Source: Phoronis australis
Lineage: Eukaryota > Animalia > Phoronida
DNA length: 64,000 nucleotides
NCBI GenBank assembly: GCA_002633005.1
Contig: NMRA01000420.1
Coordinates: forward strand, 140,967 to 204,966
Reading direction: 5' to 3'
Part shown: positions 24,488-38,900 of the stretch, in pieces
How positions within the stretch are numbered: position 1 is the first letter of the stretch
Layout: every line of letters starts with the position of its first letter
Translations under genes and position numbers: made by a program
The notes under the pieces: generated by a model
What the model saw: the letters and a program-made list of their open reading frames with translations, nothing else
The model's database searches: none
What the model was told of the DNA's origin: nothing

Positions 24488-24800
24488 ATCGTTGGTCTGA
24501 TGGGTGAACGTTATGCACGTAAATTACGTGTGTAAGTTAATTCTTGTTAGAGGTGTGAAGTAATTATTTGTGACGAAAAGTAATAAAGGGCAGCGTAAAG
24601 TAATTATTTGCTGCGTAAAGTAACTTTTTACGAAATGAAGGGATTTTTAACGCCGAAAACAATTACTTTACGCCGCAAATAATTACTAAATGCCGCAAAC
24701 AATTAATTTACGCCGCAAATAATTACTTTACGCCTCTAACAAGAACTAACGTTACGCACGTAATTAACGTGCGTAACGTTCACACATTTTGCCAACGATG
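24488..24800. mobile_element. Foldback-type MITE with long imperfect TIRs and ~21-bp internal subrepeats
   Basis: gtgaacgttatgcacgta...cttgttagagg pairs with cctctaacaag...acgtgcgtaacgttcac; internal (aattactttacgccgcaaa)n occurs in both orientations. Confidence 0.8.
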
Positions 24801-25964
24801 CATCACACACTGGCTTAATTTATAAAACGTTTCGAGGTTTGAGGGGACGCTGCGTATATTTGTAAACTCTTTGATCTAGTTTGTGTGATATTGTTAAAAA
24901 AGTAGCAGACGCTCTTTGTTCATTCAAACGTTAACAACGTGGGAATGTGTGTTCAGAACGCAATGAGTCGTTGTTTACGCAGCAGTTTTTTTTAACTTAG
25001 ACATAATATACAGCAAAAAATAAAGTGTTTAGCGTACCCGAATGCTCCTAAAATATCTTTTCACATCGTTTGTCAATCATTACGTCGGGTTCAATCTACA
25101 TAATTATGCCATGTATGGAAAATGGAGTGGAACTCATTTCCATACGTGGGCCAAAGTGCAATGAGAACAAACTACTATCGGAGTGATCAGGCTGTGATGG
25201 TCTGTGCCTTTATTTGAACAATTGTAAACACATCAATCGATGTTTTTTCAAAGAATGTAGACAAAAAAGACGTTTTAAAAAAACGCTAGCTAAAAACGAA
25301 TATTTATTCTACAATGACAAGCCCTGGAAAATGTTCGATGTAATGCCTGACGTTTGTATGTTCAAGGCGAAGTGGCTTCTTCGATTTTGAAAGTCGTAGT
25401 GCGAGTAAACAAGAGGCGTGATGGTTTTTGCGGTGCATCAAGCGTGCGTAGGCACAGGGGATTGTTCTAAAATTCCCTCTATTCCCCACACCCCACGACC
25501 CCCTCGACCCAGTCTACACAAGCTCGACTCAATCTGAACATAGAGCAAGCTCTGACTTGCTGGACCAACCAGTTTTTGGCCGTGAACTCGGGTGGCTTTT
25601 CCCTGTTTTTGCAATGAAGAAAGTCAATTTGTCAAGTTTGAAAGCCAAGAACAGAAAATCAAATGAAAGGGCTACCAACGTTACAAATCGTCTCGTTCCC
25701 ACCAGAGTGTAATCGTCTGGTCTGCTCTTTAGTAAATGGTGAGTTCAAGCTATTTTTGGGAGAGTACGAGAAGGCCACGGATATGTAATTTCTTCAGTAA
25801 ATACAGTTGGAAAAAAACAAACTGTTAACTAAAAGGCATCTCAAAGTTTCATGCAGTATACTGTAAAAGAGTATACAACTGAAAGCAAATAAAAATGTGA
25901 AATTATGGGCATTCACGTTAGCGTACTCTTTCCCTAAGTTTAGCAGAACAGAGCCATTGGTAGC

Positions 25965-26120
25965 CACTCGTGGACCTATTTCCGTGAAAACTATAGCACG
26001 CAGCTTCGTCCCCAAGCCTCACGATGGCGCTGATCGGTTTAGCCATTTGAGGCTTGGTTATGAGAAATTCCTTCTGCGCTATGATTGGCCGCTGTCTTAA
26101 CGTCATTGAAACAAAGGCAC
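25965..26120 (+). repeat. Dispersed repeat family B, copy 2
   Basis: Direct copy of 1765-1920. Confidence 0.85.
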
Positions 26121-27279
26121 ACATTAATTATTTTTCGCAGGCCTTGTTACTACCATTCATGAAGTAGAAGACATTGTTTTGGTTATTGTTTGAAATAAAG
26201 GTTGTTAGCGTACTTATTTTCCATTCTTTTCTATCAATAGTATCACAGAAATTAATCAGTTTTCGAATCAAAATACATCATTTTTGCAATAATTTAGTCC
26301 TAAATTGCTGCAATATACAGTTAGTTTTTATTTTTATATTATACTGCAGAAATTTCAAAGTTGATACGACTTTATATTACTCGTGATATTTCGGCAATTT
26401 CCGTAAAAATGTGTCCGAATTCTGACACATTTCATTTCCCATAACCACGCCTCAAATGCCTAAACCGATCTCGAGGCTTGAGGACGAGCCGCTGCGACAA
26501 CACGCTTACAAACCGCTAGTTCAGATCATGTTCTTCCTCCATTTTCTGTTTTTAACCCACCATCTTAAGCTAGAGCAGACTCGCGTGTAGGTAAGTCTTA
26601 CGGGAAAGTCACCCAGGGACGTAATGTGATTATGAAATGTGTAAAAAGCGTAGATACATATACTGCCGCAGATCGTGGGTCAAGAGGGTTGTGGGTCGAG
26701 GGGGACGTGGGGTGTGGGGTCGAGGGAGTTTTAGAACAATCCCACCTGATTTTGATTTATGAGGACCCCTGAGCATGACTTCTCGCATATGCGAGGTCTT
26801 AAAATCTCTTCTTGATAATTGAGAGATCATGCAGAATGTATATCACTTAACATTAAATATTTTATGCACAACTGCGCCTAAATGTTCACGCACACATGCA
26901 CACACGTACATGCAATTCATATACTCATAAGGCATACGCATACATTTGTACATTGAATTCGGTGTTTCTTACGTAGCAACTGACAAAGGTGCACTACGGT
27001 CTAGGACTTTGAAGACAAATATTCTTCACTAGAAGATATTATGTTCGAACAGTGAGAAGAAGGCTGTCAGAAACAGTTAAGGCTATCTATAACGCGTGCA
27101 TGGGCATTGCGAACAAAGTCCTGATAAGTGAAAAGAATGGGAATAGGGATTTGTTTGAAAAAGATGATGTTGTCTGATGTTGTATACATGAACAGAACAA
27201 GGGAGAGAACAACAAATGTATTTATCCACAAATTTATGAGTGCAGCAACATACAGTTCTTTTAAGCTTAGAATAGACCA

Positions 27280-28330
27280 TTCTCAATTTAGAACTTATAT
27301 GGATATTAATTTCTCTCAGAAGCGAGTCTTGAATAGCATGAGGGGATGTCTATGTTTCAATCATCAGCAAAAACGATATTCATGCACCAAATTACCCAAC
27401 CAGAAATAACTTTCCAACGTGAACGTTTATATAACTCTTCCATTTGACTGTCATTAAACTTGTCCCAAACAGCCACAGTCAAATAAGTGTCACGACATGG
27501 ACTACTCTCCCATTTTCAACAAAAAAGTCGGTTATCGACTTGAGAACGTAACGCTCGTGACCACAAGCGACTACCGGGGATTTCCGATAAGGCGCCCATC
27601 AGCACAAAACGCCACGAGTGCTTTTTCGGATAGGAAGGAAGCGAACATAAAGTAACGTGATGAAATTGTTGTCTCCGAAAGAGCTCCTAGACCGCTTTTT
27701 CAGGAACAGAAAGCGACTTGGAAGAAATCGTTGTCACTCAGGGTGCTTTATAGGAAACTCCGGTATTAACAAAACCTTAGTAACCAAGAGCTAGAGACAG
27801 CATTACTGACGCGAAGTGGTCAGCATTTCAGTTCGCTGGTTTCAATTGTGATGTGTTGCGTACTAACATGACTTTGTGAGCGGAAAACACTTCATTAAAG
27901 AATCATCCGGCTCAAAGCCAACACATAAGATGACTCCATAATTTTAGCTGCAGAATGACGGAAAGTAGCGGCATTCTTTTCCCTCTAATTACAAGTTTTT
28001 TTAATGTGACATTCATTATTGATTAAACATTGGTTGCTAACGTGGATGTAAAGACTTTGATGTAATTCCTAGAGTTTAGTTCTAGTTCTATGCAACACGC
28101 CGCGGGCTCTCAGCAGTCTCGGGGCCCGGTCACGCACACTTTCCGCTACACTTCAATGATTGACTACAGAAGACTTGAATTGGTCGCTGTTCATTATTAT
28201 ACGGGATCATAAATTCATAAACGCATCAACAATTCCTGGAACTGCCAACTACTTATGTGCAGCGAACTCAACTCGAGCGGTTGGGCTAGTCAGACAAGAT
28301 CCATGTTATGCGGTTCAGCCTCTTTTTGGT
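27280..28330 (+). repeat. ~1-kb dispersed repeat family C, copy 1
   Basis: Colinear diverged match to ~32680-33690 (atattaatttctctc, ctaccggggatttcc, ggctcaaagc, gacattcattattgatta, gatccatg.tatgc). Confidence 0.8.
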
Positions 28331-31051
28331 GTTGGAATGTCAGCCGTGCATAACTTTAAGAATGTCCTATTTAGGCCCTTTGAAAAAGGACCTGAAAAAC
28401 CATTACATTTACTAGGAGTAATTATTTCACATTTTGGATGTTAAACATTTTGTAAGTATTACTATGACCATAACACGACAACACGCTACATTTAATATCA
28501 TATTATATTAACATATCGTTATAAAGAAATTTCTTGCTTTCGATGGGCAGAAAATGTCTTAAATTGTTGAAAATGCCGCAAAATCTGCCTGTTTTCCGGC
28601 TAAGACCTCTTATATGGCGGCCTAAAAAACTTCGCCTAGAATTAGACTAAGAAAACTATTGGAGATTTGTGAAGTACCAAGTTCTTTGTTTTGGATCTAT
28701 TTATAACTAATATGTTGGCGTTCAATCACAATTGAACATTCCCGAGTCCGCATAAACTATACTATAGGAACTGTTCACGACAGTTGTATCTTCTACACTA
28801 AGTACTAAGTCAGAAAATGTTGTTCAATTAACGAAGTCATTCGTGCAAATGATAAATACTAATGGGCCTAAGGTGTACCCGGCTTGTGGTACACTAAAGT
28901 GTACCATTGTGGTACACCCTAATGGTACCCTTGTGGTACACCTTGCTGAACCAGATTTGAGGAGACCAGGTTTAGTCTTAAACCTGGTTTTGTTAAACCA
29001 TCGTTATGAAATCGGATGCCTGAGTCGACAACTCCACGAAGTTAAACCAGAAGCAGCTTCAATGGGTTGGCCTAAAATTTTTAGAAATTATGTTATTACG
29101 TCACCACGTCATAACTACTTTGTGAAGTAACTTCCAGAAATAGGAACATTGTAAAAACCAATCCTGCGTTTATAAAAAAGTGTTACCTATGGGCTACGCT
29201 GTATACTAGGATAAACCCATAGTTTAAACGATTATTCGTTGAAGCACGCTTGATGTCAACACATAATATTCGCTGAAAACTGATGTATTACGCATTTTAA
29301 CATACTTGTATAAATATCTAGCTCTCCGAACAAGAGAACTGTATTTGATTTGTCAATTAGTTTGAAAAGGATTCACATTTCTCACATGAACTGGAATGTG
29401 TTATGACGCGACTGCTTAATAACGCCGAGTACCCGGTACGCAATTTTTTGATAATACACAGGCGAATCACAAAGTAGATATCTATACACCTTATATTTTA
29501 TCGTCTACAAAACATTAATACCAACAACCAAACAATGCCGGAATTCCGTGAAGGTGACAAGGTTATGATTGACAAGTAGGGTGTCGCAACTGCCCATACT
29601 CCCAGTCAGAAGGACATGCAAACAACTTCTTAAACGGACCCATCTTCGGCTGCGAATTCCACATCCACGTTCATTCAGAGACGAACCCCAACCCAAGAAA
29701 CGTCGCGGTGAGGCTGACTAGATGTGCTCTCTCGAGGTCACGCGCGGGGATTCGGGGATGCCCTGCTGACTGTGTTATTTATAGGCATTTATTGTTTTAA
29801 TGTTACGCCTTCAAAGAGTATTTATTAGATTCTAACTTGAACGTTTGTTTCGAAAGCTAAAAACAATTTACAATTGTTAAGTTTAAAATAAAATTATTAA
29901 CAAAAGTAACTGGATATATTTTACATTGCGTAAGCGTGTTTTTACAAAAGTTGCGATTGAAAGTTTTAGACACGTTGAGTTTTTTGTCAAAAAGATAGTT
30001 TTTACGCTTCATGCGAGAAAACAAATTCTACACTCGTCTTAAGTTGAAGACATGGGCAATACCTCTTGGAAAGTTCGTCTAAATCCTCGGCAATCCTTGG
30101 GATTTTGACAAAATTTCCAATAGGTTTTGTCCATGTCATAAACCTGAGACGAGTGTAGGATTCTCTGTCTTCTAAACTGTTTGAATGTTATTGCTGTTGA
30201 TATCTTTGGGAGGTTTTAAAAATTTCCCGACAATGATTTTTCTTGCCCACAACACCATTGGTATTGAGAAATAATGATTAAAATGCTGGGAGAATTCGTT
30301 ATGCTAGAATCTTGTACTTCGAAGATTCATGGATGAAATTGATGAGAACACCATGACCAGAACAGTTTTTTCCCTGCGAAACACTGAAGTCCACTTAACT
30401 TTTTCAAAACTAAGCAGTGGAATTTTATAGCCAATTATATCGAAAACTGACAATATCCAAGACAGCTGGAATAATGTTTATCTGAATTTTTGTCTTAAGG
30501 TACGCGTCACATCAAATTTTTTAAGGGAAGTCCTCAATTTCCTTCGTTCACTAAATTACAGAAAATCTACAGCTTGATTGAAGACTATGACTATTCCTCT
30601 CCGGAAATTGCCGATTGCATATAATGACAGGACGTTGAAGAGATACATATATTTGACGAGGCAATGAACTCAACTTCTCAAAACAAAACTAACATTTAAT
30701 GTAGCACACTTGACGATGTGAATCTGGTCTTAAGGATTTGTAGGGTCCAAGAAAAATGTCCAAATTTGGCGAACTTTAGAACATGCTATCTCAAAAAGGT
30801 GATTGGATCCATTCGAAACGTTTATATGCTATGCTTTTTACACTGCTTTCCAAAACACGAGTAGGAATTTATGTTAAAATTTTCCATTTTTGTATGGGGC
30901 GCTATCCAAACAGGCCTTTTATGAGTTTCATAAGTTGCATAACGCTAAAAGTCACAATTTAGAAAAATACAACAGCGTTTTTCAGCTTGAACCTTAAAAC
31001 GCTCATGTAGCCACGTCGGGCCACAGGGATAAGTTGGAAATATAACTGGAG

Positions 31052-31431
31052 CACAGGCATCCTCAGCTTCTGATCGTCCCCAATACACTACATATAATAC
31101 TACAAGGTATGACACTCAGGACAAGAAATTCCACGGGTGCTTCATTTCAGCCGTCCATAGTAAACAGAAATCCCAATAAATTTACACAAAACAAACAATT
31201 CAACAAACCATGAGGAATTGTTCTTTTTCCCAATACCATTTACGGTGTCCTGTTCCGGCGACTTCGTAAGAAATTCGCAGTCAAAGAACAAAAATGTTCC
31301 CAAAAAGTCCAAACACACTTACAACTATGAACGGCTCGAGGTCAAGGACGGTACGGAAATTGCCGGTTTATCGCGTAAAGTCACGATGTCGATAACGCCG
31401 TCCATCCGTAATTCATTGGTAATTTCCGTTC
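31052..31431 (+). repeat. Solo arm of the 20.8-22.1 kb foldback element
   Basis: cacaggcatcctcagcttctgatcgtcccc...ggacggtacggaaattgccggttt matches 20828-21170. Confidence 0.88.
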
Positions 31432-31494
31432 AATGAAGTGCCTGGGTTCTGGTACACATTGAAGATCTAGAAACTTGATTCAAAGGTCTAGCAG

Positions 31495-31575
31495 TGAGTC
31501 CCAGCGAGACTCGAACCCGCGATCTCGAGTAAAGAAAGCGGGCACCTGTCACACTAGGCCACACTACCTCCTCTC
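31495..31575 (-). mobile_element. tRNA-derived SINE head / pseudo-tRNA
   Basis: Minus strand reads ggtagtgtggcctagtg (A box)...gggttcgagtctcgctggg (B box); no intact cloverleaf. A related fragment lies at ~45445-45510. Confidence 0.6.
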
Positions 31576-32679
31576 CGAAAATGGGAAAGTCTAACTAATA
31601 AAAACCCACTTCTCATATTTCATGGAAACACGCTCAGGGACTTCAAGGAGACAAACGTAGAAAATGGAAGTGGTTCTACGAAGCACAGCGCTATCTGTTG
31701 TTCATAGGAGTACGCAGATCGTGCAAGGATTTTAAGAGGTAAAGCTGTGGACGCAAAAACAAAAATGCCACTAGAAGGCGCTAAATGTGTTGTAGCCGTC
31801 GGCGGGAAACGTCTGCCAATTTTCTTAATGATCCTTTGAGCAGTTTTGTGGATGGAGAGCGTGACTCAAAATAATAAAAAATGGCCAATAATTGGTGCAG
31901 AAAACTTCAAATCCTTCTGAAAATAGAAAGCGGTTGTGGTCTCTTTAATAAAACACATTTGCCAAATTTAATGAAATTCAGGGAACACCGAACAAGTAGA
32001 GATAAACGTGATGAAACTAAAGTTATCACTATGAGGGAAAGCGGTAGTCGGACCCACGAGGAAATCATCGTTATACGTTATCACATTTATAGAAATCTAG
32101 GACCACTAAATAGAGAATCACTGGCGCTAAAAAGCCAGATTCTCGAATCAATCCAGTAATGGGAAAACGTAGTCGTGTCTTTGACAATACCTAATCACCA
32201 AATTGAAGCGGCAATCGGTCAGTGAACTTTAAAGATACGGTAAACGGCCACAAGGGGTTAAGAAGTTACAGCCGCAGAGGAGAAAAAATATTGCAACCAG
32301 GGGAGCCACATTGGTCCAATTTTCTGAAAATCCATGTCAGTCGTGACAAAAAGCGACTCGAAAATAATGAAAATAGAAATATGTGGCAGTGGATACGTCA
32401 ACACCGTCCGAAAATGGAAAGGTGTCGCCATCTGTGTTCTTTTATAAAAATCTGTTTGCTAAATTTCATGAAAATCCATCAAGAAACTCCGAAGGCACAG
32501 AGACAAACGTAAAAAATGCCACTAGGGGGCACAGCGAAACTCGTTACAAACTTAGTTTTGTGGTGTAGTATCCGTCAAAGCAATGGCTGGATTTAAAGAG
32601 TTGTCTGCATGTTTAAAGCCTTTACAGGAAAACAGATTGATTAACCCTGAGAGTCTGGTGTCGAAAATGATCTTGTTAT

Positions 32680-33690
32680 GAGGCCATTATCAATACAGAT
32701 CTCATGAATATTAATTTCTCTCTGAATCGAGGCTTGAACAGCGTGATGGATTCCTTATATTACAGGCACAAGCACAAGGCAAAATTCATCTGCCAAACAA
32801 TTTTCCAGTGCGTATAGGGTTGTAGAATTTCAGTTTTTGTAATTCTTGCATTTGGCTGTCATTCACATTGTCCCAAACAAACACAGTCAAATAATCATCA
32901 GTTCTCGGACCACGCTTTTTTCAACAAATGTCGCTCGTGATACGCGGCTACCGGGGATTTCCAATAACCGTCCATCACCATAAAACAGCAATGGGCGCTT
33001 TTATTGGACAAGAAGGCAGAGATAGCGCTCGTGTGCGTTTTTTTTTCTGGAACAAAATGCGACTTGAAAAATCGGAAATATTCGTTATAGCTACTCAAAC
33101 CAGGAGCTTGTGACGACCTTGTGGACGCGAAATGACCAGAAATTTAGTTCAATGGTTCTTACAACTTCTTTAATAATAGAAAGAACACGAAACCATTGTG
33201 GATAATTTGTTGCGTACTAACAGCACCATGTTAAGTGGGGCTCCGCTGAAGAACCAGTCGGCTCAAAGCTAACACATGCGATCGCTACACGTATTGAGCT
33301 GAAGAATACCGAACGTAGCGGCATAGTTTTCACATAAGTTACGAGATTTTAATGAGACATTCATTATTGATTATAGATTGGTTGTCATTGTCAATGTAAA
33401 GACTTACCTGCAGTAATCCCTAGACGCAAGTTCTAATGCGACACGCCGCGGAGACTCTCGGTCCGGCAATGATCTCGGGGCCAGTCTCGCACACTCGTCT
33501 CTGTTTCAATAACTAACTACATGCATGAATTGGCTACAGTCTTTGCTGATTCCATATTCAGGACCATAGACACACCATCGCATAAAAAATCCTTGAACTA
33601 TTACTGTGACCACTGAGGTACACAAACTCAACTCCGGAAGTGGCCAGGCTTACATGTATCAGACGAGATCCATGCTATGCTGTTAAAGCC
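32680..33690 (+). repeat. ~1-kb dispersed repeat family C, copy 2
   Basis: Direct diverged copy of 27280-28330. Confidence 0.8.
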
Positions 33691-35882
33691 TCGTTTTCGC
33701 TTTCGAAGAAGCCTGGAACGCGATAAACAGACTAAATTGCAATATTGAAAATGGTTCTCTCTGCCACTGAAACAGAATTCAACTTGCTCACCAGTTATTT
33801 TTAGGGATTCTTCGAAAAGATTTTCAATTTACATTGACATCAAAGCATTTTTTAAAGTTTCGAATAATCTCTCAACCGCTCGTCACTTCGTAGATTTTCT
33901 CCAACAAAGCAAAGCACGTCTCCTTATTTGGCATGGCAAGACATAGACGTAGCACATTTTGCTGATATGGAAAATGTGACCTTTGACCTCAAGCGAATTC
34001 AAGCAACAGACTGCGCGCATCTATCATAAGTGGGAGGGAGACTAAAAAACTCTGTGGTATGTCAATTTTGCGACTTTTCTGGAAATTTCCGAACAGAGGA
34101 AAGTGAATAATTCTATAGTAGGCATTGCGAGGTGGTACTTTCGTCAGGAATTGTTTAAAAGATATTTTGACGAGCTTTCGCGTTCCATGCCTCTTTAAGA
34201 AAGAACCATCAGTTTCTTTTGTTGAAAGAAACTTATTGTTCGATCACCAGGAATTGATAAGAAGCAACCAAAATTGTTAATGGCCAGAACAATACTGTTT
34301 CTTTTTCCAAATACAAACACAAGGGATCAGTTACTAGGCTCGGAAAAAAAAACTCAATACATTCGCCAAGGTAAATTGATTAGCCGCTCCAACTGTTGTT
34401 ATTATTCTAAAAATATTCTCGCGCAATGCAGCTGATGTTACATGAATGAAGATATTCACAGGATTCGGAAACCTGGGTAGCATTCCGTAGACCAAGTTGC
34501 GAGATAACTCGAGACCACAGTAAAACTGCGATTGAGAGAAAAGCGAGTGTGCTTTTATGCTCGAAACCTTAGCTGAGTTTTGTGCACACAAAAAATCTCG
34601 AGATTAAAGTTTAACTTAGTGCTATCTCTTCCTTTGTTTGTAATGCATGGTGAAATCTCGCTCGTTTAGTTCACGAGTGTTTTGCGTTTGCGAAACGAGA
34701 ACTTTACAGACATAACCTAGCGATAGCGGTCACTAAAGTGATTTGGTCGGCGAGGATGGATGTCGAACTATGGGATAGATTTTGTAAATTATGTGACAGA
34801 GTCCACTGTTTCCTTCCTATAAGCGACGATTTTTCCCCACAAAGTGCAAATTAATGTCTTGTGTCTACGAACGAAACCCAAGTTTCTTGCGGAAACAACG
34901 AGAACTCGCAAGTCTTTGCCTGTTAACTTGCACCGCAAGCGAAGCACGTGATCACTCTTACTTCTCTAGCTTGAGCCTACGGAACACGCCCCAGTCCAAA
35001 CGGCACCGCTTGTGTAACAGTATCTGATGCGATATCGACTTGCTTGTCCCAGTGTACAATAGGTTTGAGAATAGAGACACCTGGCTCACTCAACGCATTG
35101 TCAAGAAAAGAAACACAGAACAAGAGCGTTTCTATTTGTTTTGGTTACATTTCCTTAACAGCTCCCATCCTAGAACGCTGTCGAAGGAGGTGCTTACTTT
35201 CCGCCCGTTCCGCTGACCGAGATGTGCCGCATGTATTGGGCCTCGTCAATTCATAGTTAGGTTTACTTTTGAAAATAATTTCAGGATATCTATCCTTTAT
35301 ACATCGTGGTCAGATCAGCCACGGGATGCGTGTCTATTATTCACATAATTTTGCCAGTTCTCCGTCACTAACTATTCGACAACTTTTTGCTACATCCTCA
35401 GTCGCATTATTCTTAGACTAAACAACCTTTGGGAAGGAAATCGCCTGCATTACTAAAAATGTGACGTTGTCACGCATGCTGTTATATTGGGCATTTAATG
35501 TCACAAGTCCGGTAATAATTTGCGTGTAATTAACATTACGCAAATTAAGTTATGACTGGCAGTATCATCGGAAACATGTTCTCAGCGACATGATACGTGT
35601 AAGCGGGCGTAAGACACAATGACATGGACGACGTAATCGTGTTAGCGTTTTGCTAATCTGACTTGAAGACCTGTCATGTCTAGTGATTGGTGATACACTA
35701 TTAAACCTCTAGTTGTGTTCTTAGAGTATAACAAAGTATCAGGTTTAAGGAACGCGATGTTATTACAATTGTGCAGTTTCGTTCGAACTACTTTTGGTTT
35801 CCAAAGAATATCCCTGTCTATCCTTGAAACAAAACATCAATTGAATTTCCAAGTCACGTGTGCACGCCGCCTGTCAATCTTA

Positions 35883-35962
35883 TGACGTCACCATGTATTT
35901 GCCTAGCAAATGAGAAAAGCGGATGTTTAACATTGTCGCGCATAACTTGCCGAACTATAAAA
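35883..35962 (+). promoter_or_regulatory. Candidate Pol II promoter: CRE (35883-35890) + TATAAAA (35956-35962)
   Basis: Perfect TGACGTCA ~70 bp before a canonical TATA box, followed by a GC-rich stretch and splice donors at 36042 (GTGAGT) and 36059 (GTAATT). Confidence 0.55.
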
Positions 35963-38900
35963 CGGGCGCGCCGTTCGATAGCCAGGCAGAAACAGTGGGC
36001 GCCGTTGGACAAGAGATTCTTCGAGAGATCAAGAGTAAAAAGTGAGTAGAATGGGCAGGTAATTTACATACATACTTTAAGATTTTGTTTCAAAGGCTTG
36101 CTGTACATATTCTGTAAAAAATAATTTTTTCAACTTGTCAAAATAGTTGCAGGACGTGCACACATTATCAGTTGATGTTAAATATGAATTTCATTTATCG
36201 ATACTGGTTTATGATGCTGATTTAACTCTTCCTAAGCGTTTATGTTAAAGCATCGTCACTACGTCTAACTAAAATTGTTCATTTGAACACGCGCTTTTTA
36301 ATGTACGAAAGTCAATTCATCTGAAGTCCTCGGGACCAACTTCCTCCGTCAACATCGCAGCGCGCGGTAATAAATTGATCTGACGATTTTATAGAGAGTT
36401 TAAATGGGTTATATGTCCGCTTTCTGTCAAAGAAACTAAATTTTCACTACTGAAAGCTCCTGATCTTGACTTGTTCGTTACTCAGATGGGACGTACTTTT
36501 TAGTCTTGCAAAGAACTGACAGTTCGTTACATCTGGAGACCTTGTTCGTTAAACAAAGTGACATACCGTGAAAAGTCAACAACTGTTTTGTCTTAAAAAA
36601 TTGAGACCACTTTCACAGGGGTGAGTGGTGTAGTTTTAATGTGACGTAAGGTGTGTTTACAGACGCTTTAAGAGAGATTTTCGATAAATGTGTTATGCTA
36701 AAATTTCATAAACTGTTTGAAAAGTTAGATGTTGACGTTGTGGGTCCATTAAGGCAAAACTAGCGTGTCTTCCATTCAGCTACAGGATCGTAGTAATCTT
36801 GTGTTAACAGGGAATAACATATTGATTTTTGGCCAATTGGTGACCGACCAGAGTATTAATTACAAGCTACGACAAAGGTTGAAAATCATATTCATAACGT
36901 TAATCATAGAAATAAAGACTACCAATGTTCGACATATGATGTGTGGTTAACAAAGCATTGCGCGTCAACAAAGTTCTGTTTCCAGACATGAAAAGGAGAC
37001 TAGGGGTGGATTAAAATGGCCATTGACTATGACGTAACGATCTTTGGAAAGTTGTTGTTTCTGAATAGACGCCTTCACGATAATGCAATATCTTAACTTT
37101 TCTTGAGACGATACAAAAAGGAAAGAGTTCTGAATTCTCATTCCAGTAATTATGTCCACTTATGTATAGCAGGCTCGGACTCTGGCTTAGAAAAAAAGAC
37201 ATGTAGCTAAAAGGAATTCGCATTGAATTTAAAATCTTCTTGTTTGTTGCCGCTACATGTTCTTTCTTGGATCAAAGATGTTCTTACATATTTTGTAACT
37301 TTTCAAGTAGTATTTCAAGTTTTCATTTTTAAAACCTTACCATAACTTTGCATTTCACCATTACAGCTCCGGTTAGTTTTGTTTGATACAGCGACGCCTT
37401 CCATCTTTGCATTTCACAATGGTGATTGTAAAATGTGTATGGATATGTGTATTTTGATATATAGATACGTGTCTGTTTGTATGTATATATTTATAGTTTT
37501 CTCTCTCTCATTGTATGTCAATGGATTGAGCGCAGTTTTGTTAACGTTATGTTTTATCACAATGGAATACAGAGTGGTTAACTTTACCGGTCCGTTGAAT
37601 TGAAAGTGACAGAGAGCTTGATTGAAACTGTTATTGATTTAACATCGAAATTGCAAGAAATTGAGAGGATGATTTTAAAAGAAATCCAAAAACTCGGGAA
37701 AAATAACAGTTGTTGGATAATAATAAATTTATCGAAATAGTTAACATAATATCACACTCCGTGCTCTTTCTGCGTGAAAGTTTTTGAAAGCAAATTATGA
37801 AGTCATTTCAGGAGGTAAGAACAACAAAAAACGTGTGTGTTAACATATTTATATTTTGATGTTGTTGGTATAGTGTGCTCAGTCTCACTGGGAATGCAGG
37901 AGCCGCAGCGACAAACGTAAACGTTTAAAAATGAAACTCGTGTACAATGAGGTGTTTTAAAAGTATAACAATCATTGTAATTAGCTTTGAAATGTTCAAG
38001 CGAGACAGACTACTTTTACTGGGTAAATACTTGGTATAGACGTTCATTCGACCATGCAGTGGTTGTATTCTGTGTGCATAATGAATGACTTACTAATCTT
38101 TTCTTATTCGTGCATTAACAATTCAATATATTGATCACAGATACTATCGACTGTGCTTAGGCATCACCCGTAATTGCGACAGTTGTACTTTTTGCCGACA
38201 CAATCCTTGGCCAGATTAACCACGACATTCCTCTTCATGTCGATAATTTCCAGCGACAATATTAGAAAATTTCAGAAAACATGCGCCGGTCGTTAATCTC
38301 CTGTTCTCTGTCGTCTCTCAGCATGTCTGCCAAGCTTGTAGGATCTCTTCCACGCGCGGATTTCTTCACTCACGTTCGGTGACGGGCGCAACTATGACAA
38401 ATGCACATCAGAGTTATTGGTTGTGGGCTGCTCGGACGCCTTGTCCGTGTTGCCATGGTCGTATCGGGACTTGGCTGGGGGAAGAGAGGTGACATGTAAT
38501 GCAAATTAGCCTCTCAACCGCGGTCACCACCAATTCCACTCCTCCGTCGCCAACAAGACTCCCGGGCTCAGTTTCTGTGTATTTCTTTATCGATGCCCCT
38601 TTCATAATTTCCCTCCTGTGTTTTTTCCTCTGTATGTTGCGCTTCCCGAATTTTTTCCTTGGGTTTTGCAAATCTAAGGTGCAACTGGCCCCCCTCTCGC
38701 TCCTAGTGTCAACCCTAAACTAAGACGGCTGTGCATGCAACCCTGAGCTGATTCATATGCGCAATTTTGTCGTGTCTATGACTTTGGGTTTCTCATCAAA
38801 ATCATCTGGAAAATGTCTGTGTGATACCAACCTTGTGTATGTAATGTTAGTTTGTTAATGTGTTCGTTTCCGATACGTGTCTGTGACTCCCCGTCGCTAT

